Origin: Candidatus Sulfopaludibacter sp. SbA3 | GTDB lineage: Bacteria; Acidobacteriota; Vicinamibacteria; Vicinamibacterales; UBA2999 | Assembly (NCBI GenBank): GCA_945866285.1 | Contig: CAMBHC010000001.1 | Location: 1 to 40,307, forward strand | Reading direction: 5' to 3' | DNA length: 40,307 nucleotides | Part shown: positions 39,261-40,307 of the stretch, one piece after another | Numbering within the stretch: position 1 is the stretch's first letter | Layout: the number at the start of each line of letters is the position of its first letter | Position numbers and translations under genes: made by a program | The notes under the pieces: model-generated | The model's input: the letters and a program-made list of their open reading frames with translations, nothing else | Database searches by the model: none | Told to the model about the DNA's origin: nothing

Positions 39261-40303
39261 CACCGAAGAGTAATCGGAAACGTGCCCGTCGCGCTTTCCC
39301 TGATGATGCCGCCGCGGCCACCCGTCGTCTCGCTCTTCTCGTCAAAGGTCAGCGTGCCGGTGATGACGCCGCCGGACAACGAGCCTTGGAACGCAAGAGT
39401 CAGCGTCGAGATGACCGTCTGCGTCGCGTCCGGGTTCCCGGGACGAGTCTCGGTGCGCTGGTCGCGAAAACCCAGGCTTGCCGGAGTGCCGGTGATGGTG
39501 AACGCGTTGCGAAACGAGTCGCTATGGATCGGTCCGTTGCACGTTTGCGAGATCACGGTGTCAGTGCCGCTGATCTCAGCCTTGCCGTTGACCGCCGACG
39601 ACGACTGAGAGTCCAGGGAAATGGTCATCGTGCCATTCAAGGCCCTGGTCACGACGCACGTCTCCACGCCGACGATTGTGCTCACAATTTGGCCAGTGAC
39701 AGGGCCGGTGAAGCTGCTCGGCCCGGCGGGCTCGTCTTCCTTGACCACCTGTGTGGCCACCAAGGCGCCGCCGCCGACCGCCGCGCCGACGATGCCGATC
39801 GTGGTCGCGGAAAGTCCGCCGCCGCCCGCGGCGCCAGATGCGCCGCCCGTGCCGCCACCGGCTGAACTACCCGCCGTCCCGCCACTGGTCGCGGCACTGG
39901 CGGCCGCGGCTTGCGCCGCTGTCAGCACATTGGTCTGCGCAATCGTCGCGGTGACGACCTGGCCTTGCGCCAAGGCGGACACCTGAATCTGAAACGCGCC
40001 AGCGACGGACGGCGTTAGCCCGGTGACCGCCGCCTGTCCGGCCGCATTGGTCGCAACGGTCAGGGTCGATGCGCCGCTAAAGGTCGCCGCTTTGCCACCT
40101 TCGATCGAGAACGTCACCAGCACGCCGGGCACCGGCAAGTTGTTGCGATCGCGGACTTCCACGACGGGTCGCACGGCGGTCTTCTGCTGGATGATGTTGA
40201 CCGCGTCTTCGCCTTCGATCACGACGATCTTGAAGCCGCCGGCCTGTGCCGACAGCGTCGCGGCGAGAAAGGTCAGCAGCAACGCGGCGATGCGACCGGT
40301 CAT
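39260..40303 (-). CDS. Secreted/membrane protein: signal peptide, Ig-like (Big-type) domain, Gly/Ala-rich segment with a glycine-zipper-like hydrophobic stretch, and an unknown C-terminal domain
   Basis: MTGRIAALLLTFLAATLSAQA. ..PVVEVRDRNNLPVPGVLVTFSIEGG..ATNAAGQAAVTGLT.. is invasin/Big_1-like. GGTGGASGAAGGGGLSATTIGIVGAAVGGGALVATQVV. First gene of the efflux operon. Confidence 0.55.
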   Translation of the reverse strand: MTGRIAALLLTFLAATLSAQAGGFKIVVIEGEDAVNIIQQKTAVRPVVEVRDRNNLPVPGVLVTFSIEGGKAATFSGASTLTVATNAAGQAAVTGLTPSVAGAFQIQVSALAQGQVVTATIAQTNVLTAAQAAAASAATSGGTAGSSAGGGTGGASGAAGGGGLSATTIGIVGAAVGGGALVATQVVKEDEPAGPSSFTGPVTGQIVSTIVGVETCVVTRALNGTMTISLDSQSSSAVNGKAEISGTDTVISQTCNGPIHSDSFRNAFTITGTPASLGFRDQRTETRPGNPDATQTVISTLTLAFQGSLSGGVITGTLTFDEKSETTGGRGGIIRESATGTFPITLR

Positions 40304-40307
40304 GGCC

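Noticed and set aside
1-40307. Searched for tRNA/rRNA genes, CRISPR repeats, IS elements/transposases, integrases, toxin-antitoxin pairs and known defence systems
   Set aside because: No intergenic region is long enough or shows cloverleaf-like or regularly spaced long repeats. No ORF shows transposase (DDE), recombinase or typical defence-gene motifs. The window looks like core chromosome.

Overview
High-GC (by eye about two-thirds G+C) bacterial chromosomal segment, densely coding on both strands. It has many 1-8 nt start/stop overlaps (ATGA, GTGA, TTGA) and frequent GTG/TTG starts. I recognised no rRNA, tRNA, CRISPR array, transposase or integrase, and nothing matches a known defence or mobile system. 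Left to right: (1) a family III CoA-transferase. (2) An orphan hypothetical gene convergent with a PilT-like ATPase; that ATPase has a duplicated N-domain and degenerate catalytic motifs and sits behind a dense array of GTGCCA/TGGCAC hexamers. (3) A ferrous-iron (Feo) operon with a membrane-anchored DtxR-FeoA fusion, a two-ORF FeoB and a translationally coupled UbiE/MenG methyltransferase; it is divergent from a DtxR/IdeR-type repressor across a 20-bp perfect palindrome. (4) A HAD phosphatase, an orphan QueC-like gene, a signal-peptide-bearing HpcH-like protein and a DUF4097 lipoprotein. (5) ROK kinase plus NagA, then a deoxyhypusine-synthase-like gene. (6) A signalling block: PH-like membrane protein, a sigma-54 activator without a receiver domain, and a multi-TM HD-GYP/GAF/GGDEF protein. 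(7) A zinc-ribbon protein with a QN/RGG low-complexity tail, coupled to fabI. (8) An arginine regulon, argR-argG*-argH divergent from argC-argB-argD-GNAT-argJ-argF, in which ArgG lacks several canonical motifs. (9) A PepSY_TM / periplasmic CbiX-like / duplicated-domain operon. (10) pxpA. (11) An Ig-like protein-TolC-HlyD-MacB-type permease operon with no ATPase gene. The taxon cannot be assigned from this sequence; the gene content is reminiscent of soil Acidobacteriota-like lineages, which is inference only. The best candidates for new biology are the TGGCAC hexamer array with its degenerate PilT-like ATPase, the DtxR-FeoA membrane fusion, the atypical ArgG, and the PepSY_TM/periplasmic CbiX-like operon.
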